From the IMG/VR virus record IMGVR_UViG_3300011334_000479, positions 1-34,396 of that record: a stretch of DNA of 34,396 bases. One strand, given 5' to 3'. Of this stretch, positions 34,156-34,396 are shown piece after piece (the stretch's first letter is position 1; each line of letters starts with the position of its first letter). The translations under genes were made by a program, and so were the position numbers. The notes under the pieces are model-generated. The model was given only the letters and a program-made list of their open reading frames with translations, did not search any database and was not told the origin of the DNA. The stretch comes from a virus (lineage: Duplodnaviria; Caudoviricetes).

Positions 34156-34396
34156 ATGGCCAAGCTCGCGATGCTCAAGCCGCGCGTTGCCACCATCGAC
34201 ACCAGCATTGCAGCGCTGCCGCCGAGGATCGCGGAGCCGTTCTATACCTCGCGGGCGTGGCTCGATCTCATGGCCGGCCTCAAGCGCGAGCGTGGTGAGC
34301 GATGCCAGGATTGTGGACGTGGCCGCACGCGCAGCTTCGGCGACCCCATCGTTGCGCTGAAGGACGGCGGCGCGAAGCTTGATCGGCGCAACGTGA
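34156..34396 (+). CDS. Terminase-associated HNH endonuclease, truncated by the window end
   Basis: MAKLAMLKPRV..FYTSRAW..RCQDCG..FGDPIVALKDGG..LDRRNV; precedes terS on the circular map. Confidence 0.8.
   Translation, partial: MAKLAMLKPRVATIDTSIAALPPRIAEPFYTSRAWLDLMAGLKRERGERCQDCGRGRTRSFGDPIVALKDGGAKLDRRNV

Larger units (their letters stand above)
1..34396. mobile_element. Temperate HK97-like siphophage genome, near complete, non-integrated (attP intact)
   Basis: Complete lambdoid gene order from terS to terminal HNH; internal attP, integrase and cI/cro; no host housekeeping genes. Confidence 0.95.

Overview
Near-complete genome (about 34.4 kb, GC-rich) of a temperate HK97-type siphovirus, most likely of an alphaproteobacterium (inferred from gene families and GC content). 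It is in the non-integrated configuration: an intact attP (3' 49 nt of tRNA-Pro(CGG), an IHF site and five arm-type repeats) lies mid-window. Gene order: terS, terL, portal, protease, capsid, cement, head-tail genes, tail tube, tail chaperones with a -1 frameshift, tape measure, tail tip and fibre, lysis cassette, a small leftward moron cassette, attP, int, xis, a leftward early operon, the cI/cro switch, Exo VIII-like nuclease, gp2.5-like SSB, DUF3223/HNH gene, primase-helicase, an iteron origin, resolvase, a putative late regulator and a terminal HNH gene cut by the window end. No CRISPR array, reverse transcriptase/DGR or complete RNA gene is visible. Most notable: (1) a stand-alone protein resembling the RNA polymerase alpha C-terminal domain; (2) repressor operators whose consensus has CtrA-box geometry (TTAA-N7-TTAA); (3) a DUF6456/GafZ-like late regulator followed by a promoter-terminator unit; (4) a 12-iteron radial origin; (5) three proteins ending in SSB-like acidic-Phe tails; (6) an orphan anti-SD sRNA candidate and an operator-controlled two-gene cassette beside attP; (7) possible pseudoknot switches in late-operon intergenic regions. 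All family calls come from manual motif recognition, not database searches.
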